Source of the DNA: the human T2T-CHM13v2.0 reference genome, Homo sapiens
Length of the DNA stretch: 64,000 nt
Assembly: GCF_009914755.1 (NCBI RefSeq)
Contig: NC_060934.1
Strand: one strand, 5' to 3'
Made by a program: the position numbers and the translations under genes. Of this stretch, positions 10,983 to 24,200 are shown in pieces. The notes below the pieces were generated by a model. The model did no database searches, was not told where the DNA came from, and was given only the letters and a program-made list of their open reading frames with translations. Each line of letters starts with the position of its first letter. The stretch's first letter is position 1.

Positions 10983-13645
10983 GTGTGATTGTTACTTGTG
11001 AGATTTAAGCTAAAATACAAATCCAATAAAGGGATTATTCGATGTAGCTCCACATTGGGATATGCATTTGTCCCAATTCTGCTGCTAAATCATTCATGCT
11101 TACTATTAATAAAGAGTAGCTCAGGAGTAATCCCTAGAGGAAAATGGTATGAGGAAAACAAGTCCAATTAGTTTTAATACTATATTAGGTATATATCTTA
11201 TTTTTCTCCAAAATAAATGAAGTTTAAAATATTGGTGCAAAAGTAAATTTACTGAGCTTCCTATTATTTAGTATTACATGTAAAAAATGTATAGTGTTGA
11301 AAAACTATTCTCAATAAATATTCAGGAATAAATGATGCAATACTAGAGCACTGCCTTTGAAATCAAACAGATGTTATATAGCTAAACAAAACCAACTGCC
11401 ATAAATGGGTCTTAGGAATGACTGAAATTTAAACTATCAGTGTCAAATTCTAACCAAAGCTAATACATACATTATATAGGTTGTTGTAAGCTGCATCCTA
11501 CATGATTATAGAGATTTTGAAGGCAGTTTCCAGAGACTCAGGGTTGCAGCAAAGTGGTCTCCATTTGATCTTAATTTCCCTGAGCAACCAGCATGTCTTT
11601 TATGCAGAAAATGCTCTTAATGAAAGGGCAGCAGGTACTAGTGGGAATATCACCAGAATGAGAATTGGAAGTCTGTATGTTTTTATCTCTGTAACCATGT
11701 TTCCTTGTCTGTGAAGGCAATCGAGCTTCAGTGCTGGGAGTGCTGGGAATTATATGTAATTCCCCAAAAGCACTGACTATTGAATCAACTGAGCACTTTC
11801 AAATGGAATAATGTCTTAAAGACCCAAACTACCATAGAGTTTCTGCAGTAATAATGACAGGATTTAGGCGGCACCTAAATGTTAAACATTCCCAGCTGCA
11901 GGCAGTTTCTTCCTGCGAATTCAAGTATCTTTTGGTTTTGGTTTAATTATTTCTTATACAACTTCAAGATCTAGTGTGCTTTAGAGTAACTATGTGCATG
12001 TCATTTCTTGACAAATGTATTACTCTTTTATCTCAACTCAAATAGTGCCTTGCTTAAAGTTGGTATTCAACAGAAGTTTGATGAATGAGTGAATGAAAAA
12101 ATAAATGAATGAAAAGCAGACCTTAAAGTCTGGCAAAAAAGCAGACCTTTTGAAATAGAAAGATGATTTAAAGAGTTAAATAGTCTTTTGATAAGCATGA
12201 GGTAACCCTAGATTACAATCGCTCATTTTAATGTTAAGAGAGCACATTTCATTATAGAAAACAGTCTTTTTAAATTGAGTAAGCAAGAGAGTGAATGAAT
12301 GAGTGAATAAAATTCATTATTATGATTTATAGAAAGCTTAGACTTTGATATTTTTTACAATGTGAGCTGCAGTAATTAACTGCTGTTATCCCACAATCAG
12401 TTCATAAATATTACTTTAATAAGCTGCATAACATTTGGCTCAGATGTTTGCCTTAATTAAAATTTAAATCCCATATTATTTCCCTAATTTAACAACGCAA
12501 TATTTATTGTACACAAGTTATTCAAGAAACACATTTGGTTAGGATCAAATTCAGAGGATAGAAAAAGGAAGTTCAAAACATGGAATTTGGTCAAGGAAGG
12601 TGGGAAGTACACTTTTCACAGAATTATGCAGACAAAAAATTATAGTAGAAATTTGAACACAAATGTAATACCCATTATTCAGTATCTGGAAGTATAAGTA
12701 TTTACATGATGGTAACTGTAGGTTGCTAGCATATCTTTAGGCTCCTAATATCCCGTAAGTCTGCATTTAGTCAAATACCGAAATGGGAAATATAAATATT
12801 TTTAAAATATTTAATTATAAATAATTAAATCAATTTTACCTAAAATCTTAATATTTATAGATCTGCATTAACTATGTTTTTTGCCAGAACAATTGCCATG
12901 GCTCTTTAAAATAAAGCACAGGCTATGAAGCACAAAAATACGTTTTAATTATATTCATTGAGTAACTACTAAAGTAGTGCATTATATTGAATTGCTTTGA
13001 AAATGAATGATATTCAAATTAGGTATATACAATAAATCCTAAAAAACATAGAAAACTCGACTGCCCAAGTATATAATTTACCAAATATGTTTGAACATTA
13101 AGTTGTCTTTTACCCAAGTAATCCTTTCATAGACCTACTATTCCCAATAGAAACTACTGAAATAAGTGAGATTGAAAATAATATAAATATTCTAAAATCA
13201 CTGGTTAAATTATAGGAAGTAAATTTTCAAAATATAACAGTGCCAGGTTGTGCTTTTATAGTTTTTAAACTAATGATAAAATCAACTTCTTACTTTTGCC
13301 TTTGCAAATATTATAAATAAAACTAATGTCTTATCTTTATACCAGAGAAAGTAACTTTCTAGTATGGAATACACTGAATTTCTCAGGAGAAAGATGCTCT
13401 TTAATGCAGGCACTTTTGATTTTCAAGTTTAAATAACTGTACTCTAACCATGCTAGCAACATTCAAATTAATAGCTGTAAAATATGCTATGGAGTGTAAA
13501 TATTAATAAGTACTTGATATGTCCAAATGCTGATTAAAACTGGAACTCACTAAAAACCATAGCTTAACATAAATGATTTGGCTATTTCTTAATTTGAGGG
13601 AAAAAAGCTATATTTCTGACAGGAATGTTCTATTGGGGTTTTTGA

Positions 13646-13984
<339 letters not shown>

Positions 13985-13989
13985 CGGAC

Positions 13990-14168
13990 CAGTGGTTTTT
14001 AAAATGTGTTCCCTAGAGCAGCTGTATCAGCATTCTCTGTAAATTTAGAAATGCAAATTCTTGAGCCTTACCCTAGATATACCAAATCTTCTGGAAATAG
14101 AAGCCAGAAATATATTTTGTCAACTTCTCCAACTGATTCTGATGTAGGCCAAAATCAGAGAGCCATTG
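13990..14168. mobile_element. MER5A (hAT-Charlie MITE)
   Basis: cagtggtttttaaaatgtg...tcagcat...ttagaaatgcaaattct...tgattctgatg...gagagccattg. Confidence 0.75.
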
Positions 14169-14417
14169 GTATAGACAGACCCATGAAGCTGTTATTTTCT
14201 AGCCCCCTCCAATAGAAAGAATTGATGGCTGTTTGGAAAGAAGGCTGTATCTTTGGGTCTCACAGAGCTCAGGGTTGTCCTGGTAGTAGAGGGGCAGGTA
14301 CCAATACAGGGGAGGTCATCATAGGTAGAGCCCACGGATGAAAATGGAAGCCATATTGTTGAAGGGGTTTGAGGTCAGAGCTGGAAAACGAAGTTTAAAC
14401 AAAATGATCAATCAAGG

Positions 14418-15041
14418 TGTCAGAGGTGTTTGAAACAGAGCGACTCTATCTTGAATAAGGGCTGGGTAAAATAAGGCTGAGGCCTCCTGGCCTGCATTCC
14501 CAGGAGGTTAAGCATTCTTGTCACAGGATGAGATAGGAGGTCAACACAAGATACAGGTTACAAAGACCTTACTGATAAAACAGGATGCGGTAAAGAAGCT
14601 GGTGAAAACCCACCAAAACCCACCAAAACGAAGATGGTGATGAAAGTGACCTCTGGTCGTCCTCATGGCTCATTATACATTAATTATAACGCATTAGCAT
14701 GCTAAAAGACAGCACCATGACTGTTAGCAGGTGCCATGACAACATCAGGAAATTACCCTATATGGGCTAAAAGAGGGAGGAACTCTCAGTTCTAGGGATT
14801 GCCCACCCCTATCCTGGAAAATTCATGAATAATTCACCCATTATTTAGCATATAATCAAGAAATAAGTAAATGCAGTCGAGTAGCCCATGCTGCTGCTCT
14901 GCTTCTGGAGTAGCCATTCTTTTACTCCTTTGCTTTCTTAATAAACTTGCTTTCACTATATGGATTCACCTCGAATTATTTCTTGCCTGAGCTCCAAGGA
15001 CCCTTTCTTGGCATCTGGATCGGGATCACTTTCCAGTAACA
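14418..15041 (+). mobile_element. MER41B-like solo LTR (ERV1)
   Basis: tgtcagaggtgtttgaaacagagc...ctttccagtaaca; TG...CA termini; ~624 bp; AATAAA at ~14940. Confidence 0.9.
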
Positions 15042-15244
15042 AAGATAATCAGAATAAGGGTAAAAAAACTGAAGCCTAGATTTAGGTGCAAGCAGATGAG
15101 ATCAAGGAGCTATGGATTACTTAAGCTTTTCAAAATTCTTCATCTTTGAAATGACAAATACAATACTACTTGTAGAATTATCATGAAACTTAACTGCAAT
15201 AGTTAACGTAAAATTAACACCTAATATGTGCTGGAAATTTGGCA

Positions 15245-15395
15245 AGAGCATTATCTAAGTTATTTTCCTCACAGATCTTATGAGATAATCATAAATATCA
15301 TTCCCAGTTTACAGTTTACTGTAGCATAGAGAGATTGAGTAACTTACTTAATTTCAAATGGCTGGTGAGTTATGGAGGTGAGATATGAACAGAGG
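15245..15395. mobile_element. MIR SINE fragment
   Basis: cctcaca...tatgagat...tatcattcccagtttacag...cagagagattgagtaactt resembles the MIR core. Confidence 0.5.
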
Positions 15396-16324
15396 GGGAA
15401 AAACGGGAGTCTATGCTCGGCAGATAAAGTATTTAGTGCATTTCCTAACACAGAGTAAATCCACTAAGAAATGGGAAAGGAAAACTAGAAAGGTTATGCA
15501 AGCGAATTGAAAGGAGTATTGATCACTGAATAAGACCAGAAATACCTTCTTACCCATCACAGTGCTTTCTGTTTCAATATTCACATCTATATTGAAGGGC
15601 AAGGATGAAGTGAGGTATGACTTATCTGGATACACTTTGATTTATTACTTTTAATATCATTACTATTTTGAAATTTCTTTCACTGTATTTGGAATGTTTG
15701 TCCTCATTTTAATTGAGAATCTGTTAGACTCTGTGCCTTCCTATGTCATATAACTTTTTCCTCATAAGCAGAACATGATGCTAGCCAGCATGTCCAATTA
15801 ATAATGTTTATGATAAACTCCCATGGATTAGACTATTGTTAAAGGAAAATATGCCAAAAATATTTGGGATTTATTTACTGGATGAAAAAATAATTTTCCA
15901 AAATCTTTGAGCTCCAAAATGAAAAGCAGTGTGGTGATGTATCTCATAGAGCCCGAGACCAGCCAGAATACTTTTTTTTTTTTTTTTTAAGTGCTATATG
16001 CAGGAGAACCTGCGGTCTTCTTCACAGAGGGGATCTGTTCCTGGGAATTCTGTACTGGAGCTCTGTGACACAGCGGAAATGGCCTCGGGGCTTTTCAAAA
16101 CGTGCCAATAGAAATTGAACCAAAGGATAGTGTTACAATTCTGTGGTATATTTGGCAGACACTTTTTGCCATACCTACTGCTAGTGTATTCAAGGAGCAA
16201 AATCAGAATTTTGATGACAAGCTGAAAATGATTTGCAGAAAAAAGCTCTGTATTTGCAACCTCCACCCCCCCAACCCCCTAGCCCCTACCTCTTGCTTTT
16301 ACTGAGGGAAAGTGCTACTACAGG

Positions 16325-16490
16325 GAAACTTGCTTAAATTCACAAATTCCAATCTGGACCTGATGCTTCGGCAAGTTACTTAATCTCTTTCTGTCTTCCT
16401 TTACTCACTTGAAAAATGAGAATAATAACACTTTCTTCTTTCTTGGAGTATTGGTGAAAATTAATGCATTAATGCTTTTAAAGAACTTTG
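16325..16490. mobile_element. MIR SINE fragment
   Basis: ggcaagttacttaatctct...ctcacttgaaaaatgagaataataac resembles the MIR core. Confidence 0.55.
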
Positions 16491-17756
16491 AAAGGAAAAA
16501 AAATGAGCTATGTACAGAGCAATATTGCTTTCCTTCTCTTTCAAAGTTAAACACATACTTTCTGACCAGCAACGCCATGGAAAAAATATTGATCTAGACT
16601 CAGCTCTTCAAAGGTATAAATATGCTCAAATATTTGGCTTTGTGCCCGGTAGTCAACACTAAACAACAAGATTAGTGGAGATTTGCTGTTTTGGGCTACC
16701 AAACAACAATTTTCTTAACTGCAGTGAAATTCGTTTTGGGAAACGAACTCTTTCTCATTCTTTTACTCTTGGTGGTACTATAATTCAATGTTCCCTGAGT
16801 TCCTTATCTTGAAAGGGTGAAGTAAGCTAATCCAATCTGGCACTCTTTTCCCAGGTATTTTGAATTCTATTCAAAGTTAATGCAAAGATAGCTAAAAATC
16901 CCAAAATGGCAGAGCATACCTTCCGGTTACTTTCTAAATTTATTTTTTTAGTTTCCAGCTGATTCCGTCACTGTAATCAAAGAGAGACTTTATCACTCAA
17001 GTCAAATATCACTCTAATCAAAGAGTCATTGAGTCAACTTGTTTTACTTAAAAACTAAATATCCATAAAAATAAGAAAATTCTAGCTATGGTGAATAGTC
17101 AGGAGATACCTGGGAACAAAAAGTATCTTATAAAATTCAAATTAAAAACCTGTAATGCAAATAAATAAATAAATAAAAGAGGAATCAACTGAGTTGCCAC
17201 AGTAGTATAAAATTATATAGATTTATGTATCTTTTCATCTTTGTATTTTTATCTTTATATCTTTAAATTTAAACCATTCCCACCCTTGAGTCCGTCTACA
17301 ACTCAGGCACAGCTAGAGAGGAGATTTTGAGTACTCCTAAGGAGGAACACTTCTGTAACAATACAAGTGTGTATTATCAGTACTCTAATCTCAGATACAT
17401 GTGACTGTTCTTGTATGAGTGTCTGTCCCATAAAACAGGAAAACCAAGTCTTTTAAGAAATGCTGTATTTGGATCTAGACCAACACAAATTCCAGGGTAG
17501 GTAGAGTGCTAGTGAGGTGTCCCTACCAATGTAGGAACTTACAAGGTCAATCAAATGATCAGTGAAATTTTAACCCTCATTCATACCTTGGAAAATCCTA
17601 CAGGACTCGAAACCCTTCCTGGGATTATTTTCCCAGTTACCGATTGTAGAGTTGAAATAGATAACTTCAGCAACTGAGAGGATTTCCCCAGTGAATTCCT
17701 GATTTGTGAAGTTGCCATTAAGGATATTTACTGAGCACCAGCCATTGCTATGACAT

Positions 17757-17940
17757 AAGTTTTTAAACTTTAGAGAGCATCAGAATCACGTGGAGAACTG
17801 CTTAAAGCAGAGACTGCTGAGGCCACTCCCAGAGTTTATAACCTAGTAGGTCTGGGTTGGAACCCAAAATGTACATTTTTAACAAGTTGCCAGTTGATGC
17901 TGATGCTGCTAATCTAGGGAACACATTTTGTAAACCACCA
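17757..17940. mobile_element. MER5A (hAT-Charlie MITE)
   Basis: aaacttt...gcatcagaatcac...cccagagttt...agtaggtctggg...taacaagtt...tgatgctgatgctgct; opposite orientation to the copy at 13990. Confidence 0.85.
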
Positions 17941-17989
17941 TGCCCTATCCACAACCTAGGCATTCTAATTCACTTCTAAATTTAATAAA

Positions 17990-18235
17990 ACGTTATCTTT
18001 ATTGAGTTTATAGTCTAATAAAAGAGACAGACAATATATAATTTCAGGTAGTGCTAAATATTATAAAGAAAAAAGAATAGGGCAAGGAATAAACAATAGG
18101 TACAGCTTTTGAAAGGATGACCAAGGAAGTCCTCTCTGAGGAAGTGGCATTTAAGCGGAGTGCTGAATAACACAGAGGATTAAGCCATCTGAGATAGGAG
18201 CTTTCCCAGGGGAACAGCAAAGACAAATGCTCTAA
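17990..18235 (-). mobile_element. L2 LINE fragment
   Basis: gagtttatagtcta...gagacagacaa...ggaagtcctctctgaggaagtggcatttaagc...gggaacagcaa is typical of the L2 3' region. Confidence 0.55.
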
Positions 18236-19877
18236 AATATTATATGAAACAATGAAGATTACAAAATAAGACAATAATATTCTATTCCGTGACTTGAATG
18301 ATGCAAAAAAAAAAACAGAAAGAAAAAAACAAGAAGTGCATTTATTGCTGCATTCTCATTTCAATCTCCATTTGACTGGGTACATAACACAACAGGATCT
18401 GAGAATGACATTGGATTATTACAGATGTATTAAAGTGGCGACTCTAAGAAAGCTTCTATTCATTACAGAAAATCCAATCATCATATGAAAACAGGCATTC
18501 AGCTAATGACACATAAATTATTCTTCATTTTGATCTGAATATGTAAATAAATGTTGAATAAGAGGTTTGGCCAAGGGCAAAACTATAATGCAATAGATGA
18601 TGAAGAAAGAAAATGATTAATAAAACAGCTACAATATATTAACATGTGACAAATTTAGGACTACAGAGGGTCTCTATTTCCTTTCTTGTTCTTTTGCTTA
18701 CATTTATATATATTTTAATTTTATTTCTCATCTTCTTTTCTTACACTATGGCATATAAGATGTGTTGGTGGATTCAGGTATTAACCAATTACTCTGCAGA
18801 ATAAAAGAAAATATTTACCACTAATTCACAGAAGAAAAACAATAAATGAATTGCAAAAGCAAAAGAGAAATGGACAGCTTTTAACATTGTTTATAGCAAC
18901 AATAAGACTTCGGCTTGTCTCACTTTGAAAAGAGCAAAGTGTTCTTAGGGTTGAGAAAGAGCTTTAGTATTGTAAATAGAGGATTTTGGAAGCCGTAAGT
19001 GTAGGAAGAAAGGAAAGGCACCATAAACATTGACTACTTTTGGCACTTGCCATCTACAGTATATTTTTTAAAGATCTTAATTTTCTTTTGGGTTATTATC
19101 TTTCTTCTGTTGCATGCTTAGGAACCAGGTTACCCTGCTCTTCCACAAGAGAAACCGATGTTCCTAGAGAATCTACTTCTAAGTATATATTCTCACTGTT
19201 TCATAGTCCAGCGGCTGTTGCATGATCCTATTTTCTAAGATTGAACACTTTCAAGTGTATTGGCAAGAGAATGAAAGAAATTCATGGATAATTTTTTAGT
19301 GATATATTCAAGGTGAGTTTTAAAAAGATCTTCATAATATAAATACTCTGAAAATTCCTTATTCTTTGCTGCTCCAAAATTGATCATTCAAAGCTGTCAT
19401 AAAACCCTGTAAACATCCCTTCATCTCATATCTTCTCAAGAATTTTCTTCAAGTTTGTGTGTGATATTTATTATAAAATAACTGATTTGGATTTGAACAT
19501 AATTTCAAATATTTTTCAGCAATTTATATTTATTTCCTTCATCATAACTTTTGCCTGTTTCCTAACATTCTATTTTAACTGATTCAGTCTAGCTCTTTAT
19601 GAATACTTGGCACTAAAATTTATCTCTTTAATATATAACAAAAAACTTCTATGGTATTGTTTTCCTTTAGAAATTGTAAGTTTATATTACCAGGGAAATA
19701 TTTGCATATATAATTTTATTCCTTTTACCCCTCTAGCTAGAAGCCAAAATAACATTTTTTTATATTTCTTCTAAAGATTTTCTATTTTTTCTAATTTTCT
19801 AATTTAGCACTTCACACAGAATTTGTGCATAATGTGAGGCAGATGTTAAACTTTTGTTTAAATTGTTGGTGAATTTT

Positions 19878-20131
19878 TTCATAGGTAGGAATTGAACAAT
19901 GAGAACATGGAGACAGGAAGGGGAACATCACACTCTGGGGACTGCTGTGGGGTCGGGGGAGGGGGGAGGGATAGCATTAGGAGATATACCTAATGCTAAA
20001 TGACGAGTTAATTGCTGCAGCACACCAACATCGCACATGTATACATATGTAACTAACCTGCACATTGTGCACATGTACCCTAAAACTTAAAGTATAATAA
20101 AAAATAAAATAAAAAAATAAACACAGAAAAA
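19878..20131 (+). mobile_element. Severely 5'-truncated young L1 (L1PA3-like 3'UTR only)
   Basis: cacactctggggactg...cctaatgctaaatgacgag... with A tail; perfect 18-bp TSD aaattgttggtgaatttt (19860-19877 / 20132-20149). Confidence 0.95.
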
Positions 20132-20536
20132 AAATTGTTGGTGAATTTTCTCAGCACCATTTTTTGAATAGGTCATAGTTTCTTAATTGACATTTGGTTC
20201 CACAGTTATGTCACATTGCCTCTTTATTTCCACAATAGCACACAGTCATAATCTTACTTGTTAACTTGTATACAAGTTATCTTTTTAACCCACCGATTTC
20301 AAGCTTCATAAGAGCAGTAACTCATCTATCCTCTTCAATACTTCATTTTTAGAGCCTAGAATCACTTGCACATAGTAGATTCCTCAAAACATTAATAGAA
20401 TAAAGGCATAAATTTTAACAAATAAACCAGTGAGTGATTAAATTTTTCAGAGTAAAGCATAAATATATGTGTATACATGTATTTGTGTATACCCCTACAT
20501 ATATGTACACACATACACAGGTATTTGTGCTTATAG

Positions 20537-20907
20537 TGTTAATAAATCCACTGAAAAGATTTTTTTTTAAAGAAAGAGATGATTCCAGTGAGCAGTTTGC
20601 AAAACAGAGATGCAGCCTTCAGTACAAAATAAAGGTGCACTGACATTAAGAATGATCACAGGTTGCAGTCTATTGGTTAGGTCTAGGTGGTGAAATGGGA
20701 CTTTCCAGCAGCCTTTGATCTAGACTATGTAAACAAGAGCAGACAGCTATGAAAGTTCCTATGCTACTTAAGCATGGTTTTTTTCCAGGAACGCAGAGTA
20801 CATGGGTGACGTCTAGTCAGCAAATGGCCACTCAACCCCATTTTGAATATAGGCCCATTTAGCCACTCAAGATCCATCTGGAAGGATCGGCTCTTTCAAG
20901 GTTCACA
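20537..20907 (-). mobile_element. ERV1-class solo LTR remnant (MER90/MER110-like; family uncertain)
   Basis: TG...CA termini (tgttaataaatcc...ggctctttcaaggttcaca); gtcagcaaatggcc...aggccc...ttagccactc...gatccatct recalled from MER4-group LTRs. Confidence 0.55.
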
Positions 20908-22359
20908 GGAGATATGTGTGTTATTTAGGAACTTGGTAAATTTGGGTCTACTTGATCTATTGAAAAAGTAAATTAAAATCTTGTAGTCCTATTTAGGTTT
21001 TGTCAGTTTCCTAGTTAATATGTTATATTTTAAAGAATATCATGTTGTTAGTTGCCTAATAAATAATGAAATTATTTATCTTAAGTAGTAACTATATAAT
21101 TAAAATGCCTGAATTTGTTATATGTTTTTGCCTTACATTTATTATTTTGTTATTTACTTGGGTTTTTGTGTTTATTAGAGATGGTATTCTTGAATAGTAC
21201 TGAAGCTAATGACTGGTGTAGACCTGGTGCAGGCAGTTTTGAATAAAAGAAAAGCTATTCCAACCTGTGAATTTAATTTATTTAAAGTTAATTATGCTTT
21301 AGTTTGTTTGTTCTGACAGTCCTCTATAACTTTATCAATGAAAAACAACTTAAATAGGAAGAGCTATGTAACTTTTTTGCCAACACCACCTTCGGTACTA
21401 ACCTGGGTAAAAGGTAGAAAACTTGTTTCTTAAGCCAGATGTTCAACTACAATAATTTTTACCTTCTCATTAGTGGAGGACAAACTTGACATGAATATTT
21501 GAGAGAATATGGGACGGAATAAAGGGCTGATATGTCAGAAGACGAAAACTAATTTCCATCCTAAAAGAATATCATTTGTCAACTTAAAGAAGTTCTGATA
21601 CTGTGATCATGTTTGGTATTCTGTATGGTATTTTCAGTCACATTTTTCAAAGGACAGCTTAACCCAGTGAATTGTGCTTTGCCTGGGCATTGAGATCTCA
21701 ATTCTAAATTACTTTTTCAGTGACCTTTCTTTGAATTATTAAATTTTCCTTATTATACAAATGGAAAACACAAATAATGTGGAACTTCAAGTTATGTGGT
21801 GATATAAAACTTGAAACTAGAAAGCGGGTTTTAGGTGACAGAAAACTTTAGTAATATTTCTGAAGAAAATATTCTTCTTTCATATCCTTACTTTTGCAGC
21901 AGAATTTTTTTTTCTGGAAGAGTTCTATTATTATTATTTTTATGAGAAAAAAGTCAAAAAGATATTTGTTGAGAGGTTATTTCAGTTAAAAACAGAAGCT
22001 AGATTCATTGTCTTGGGGAATGAACAGTCTCATATGATATGGTGGGGGTTATTGTTTGCTTTTAGCAATTTAATTAAAAGTTCTAAAAAGTAAAGCCTAC
22101 AGGAGACTTCTACCAGAGAGTAATTTATTGCTAAATACTATTCTGAGTAGTACAACACAGAAAGTAGAATACCTGCTATAAGTAGTCTAATTTATAAAGG
22201 TAATACATTTAGCAATTCTTAAATAGTATACCTTTCTTAGTGAAGGAGAAAACACTTTCAGCATTTAGCCTATCTATCAGTTTGTTTGGGACTGTTTTAT
22301 TATCTGTATATATTGATATCATATCCAAAAAATGTGCTTCATTGATTTCCCCTGATTTC

Positions 22360-22530
22360 AGTATGCATATATATTCAGTGAATCTATATATGTAAATATA
22401 TATGTATATATATTTGTATATATGTAATGTATACAATATATTACATATATACGTGTATGTGTGTATATATATATAGGTGTATGTGTGTGCACTCATATGT
22501 ATACTTACACACCCAAGAATGTATATATAT
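22360..22530. repeat. (TA)/(TG)-rich low-complexity tract
   Basis: Alternating purine-pyrimidine runs. Source of the Y/I/T-rich ORFs at 22209 and 22461. Confidence 0.85.
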
Positions 22531-22903
22531 TTCTTTGGTTTAGGTCATTATCTTATTTTTATAGGTTTATTTGTGAGAAAATGATTCTTCTATCCTTCAC
22601 AAGGAGTAGGAAACATCATGAGGAATCTCTGGGGCTTATGTTAAATAGTAGAGTTATTAGAATGTCTAAGAACTTTGTTGTAACTAATATAACTACAACG
22701 TATATGCAAAAAAAAACTTACTTATAGCTATTTCACCACCACTATGCTTGCCTAAGATGCCTTATCTTGTCATACCTTTGGGTAGAGAGGGATATTGCTT
22801 TTATGACTCATAATAGGGTACTTGATCAGGGCACTGCAATATGGGACAAAAAAGGAATAATGAGCCTAATCTATGAATTTATACTGCAGGCCCTCATGCC
22901 AAC

Positions 22904-23348
22904 TGTGTTAGTCAGGGCTCTCTAGAAGGACATAACTAATAGGCTACATATATATAAAAAGGGGAGATTATTAAGGAGTATTAACTCACACATTCACGAG
23001 GTTCCACAATAGGACGTCTGCAAGCTGAGTAGCAAGGAAGCCAGTCTGAGTCCCAAAGCTGAAGAACTTGGAGTCCATGTTCGAGGGCAGGAAGCATCCA
23101 GCATAGGAGAAAGATGTAGGCTGGAAAGCTAAGCTAGTCTGATCTCTTCATGTTCTTCTGCCTGCTTTTATCCCAGTCGCAGTGGTGGCTGATTAGATTG
23201 TGCCCACCCAAATTAAGGGTGGGTCTGCCTTTCCCATCCCACTGACTCAAATGTTAATCTCCTTTGCAACACTCTCACAGACACACCGAGGATCAATACT
23301 TTGCATCCTTCAATCCAATCAAGTTAACACTCAGTATTAACCATCACA
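22904..23348 (-). promoter_or_regulatory. 3' LTR of HERV-L (MLT2A1-like, 445 bp, full length)
   Basis: tgtgttagtcaggg...caatccaatcaagttaacactcagtattaaccatcaca; preceded on the minus strand by PPT-like aggggtggact-type sequence (23349-23360). Confidence 0.92.
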
Positions 23349-23722
23349 AGTCCACCCCTTGTCAACTCGAACCCATACACACCTCCTGAGATCATACATA
23401 ATCTTCAAATAAAGAGAATTATAAGGTCATAATTATGCCTAACATATTACAACTATCCTTCATACAACTGGAAAGGCACCAATCCCCAATCCAAATGCTA
23501 TTACATAAAGTTAAAAACACTTAAATGCTAATGTGAAGTCAGTAAATCTTAAATCACATGATAATGGAAAAAGGAAATAAAATGAAGATATTTTCTTAGT
23601 ACAAGTGTATGCATGAACAAATATGTTTTTAACAAAAGAAGGAGGAAATACTCATGACAATTACAGTTCTCCTTTCTGCAACTGGTCACTTGGTTGTGAC
23701 TGGTATTGATGATTACCTTCTT

Positions 23723-24200
23723 CTACGACCCATTCTGTTTCCCTTTGCCTTCAGCAAGCACCTCAGCAGGTCGTGTTTTTTTTTTCCTGGTGGAGTGACC
23801 CAAACCTTCATTCCTGAAGGGTCTGTCTGGACCATTTGTAGTCCTGCCTGGATTGGGATGTTGTAGTTTCCTATTGACCTTAATCACAGGGCATGGTGAT
23901 ACTAAGACAAGCCCCAAAGGGATCTCCTGTATTCCAGGCATGCTCTTTCTTACTTCCATTATGGAGTAGTAGACAGATTTCATCTTGATAGGCTGGGTAA
24001 GTCACCCCAGCCAACATTGTAACTCCCTTCTTAGCCTGTTGACTTAAAGGTAGGAAGAGCCCAAAGTGTCCACGTGGCAATCTCAACTTCCAGTTTAATG
24101 GAATTGTTGTGTCTCCTGGTGGGAATGCTCCTCCCTCTGGAATTAAGACCTGTAGGCCAGCAGAATGTAATGTCATGGGAACAGGAAGCAAAAATTTTGC
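23723..24200 (-). pseudogene. HERV-L dUTPase remnant downstream of integrase
   Basis: SAGLQVL...PPGDTTIPLNWKLRLPRGHFG...GVTYPAYQDEI in ORF 23880..24569; motif 3 (GVIDxDY) is degraded. Position after integrase is the ERV-L hallmark. Confidence 0.85.

Noticed and set aside
15994-16305. Overlapping ORFs in a slightly CpG-richer patch
   Set aside because: No recognisable protein or coherent splice structure; too short and CpG-poor to be a CpG island.
23349-23720. Possible env gene between dUTPase and the 3' LTR
   Set aside because: Only ~370 bp of AT-rich non-coding sequence; ERV-L elements lack env.
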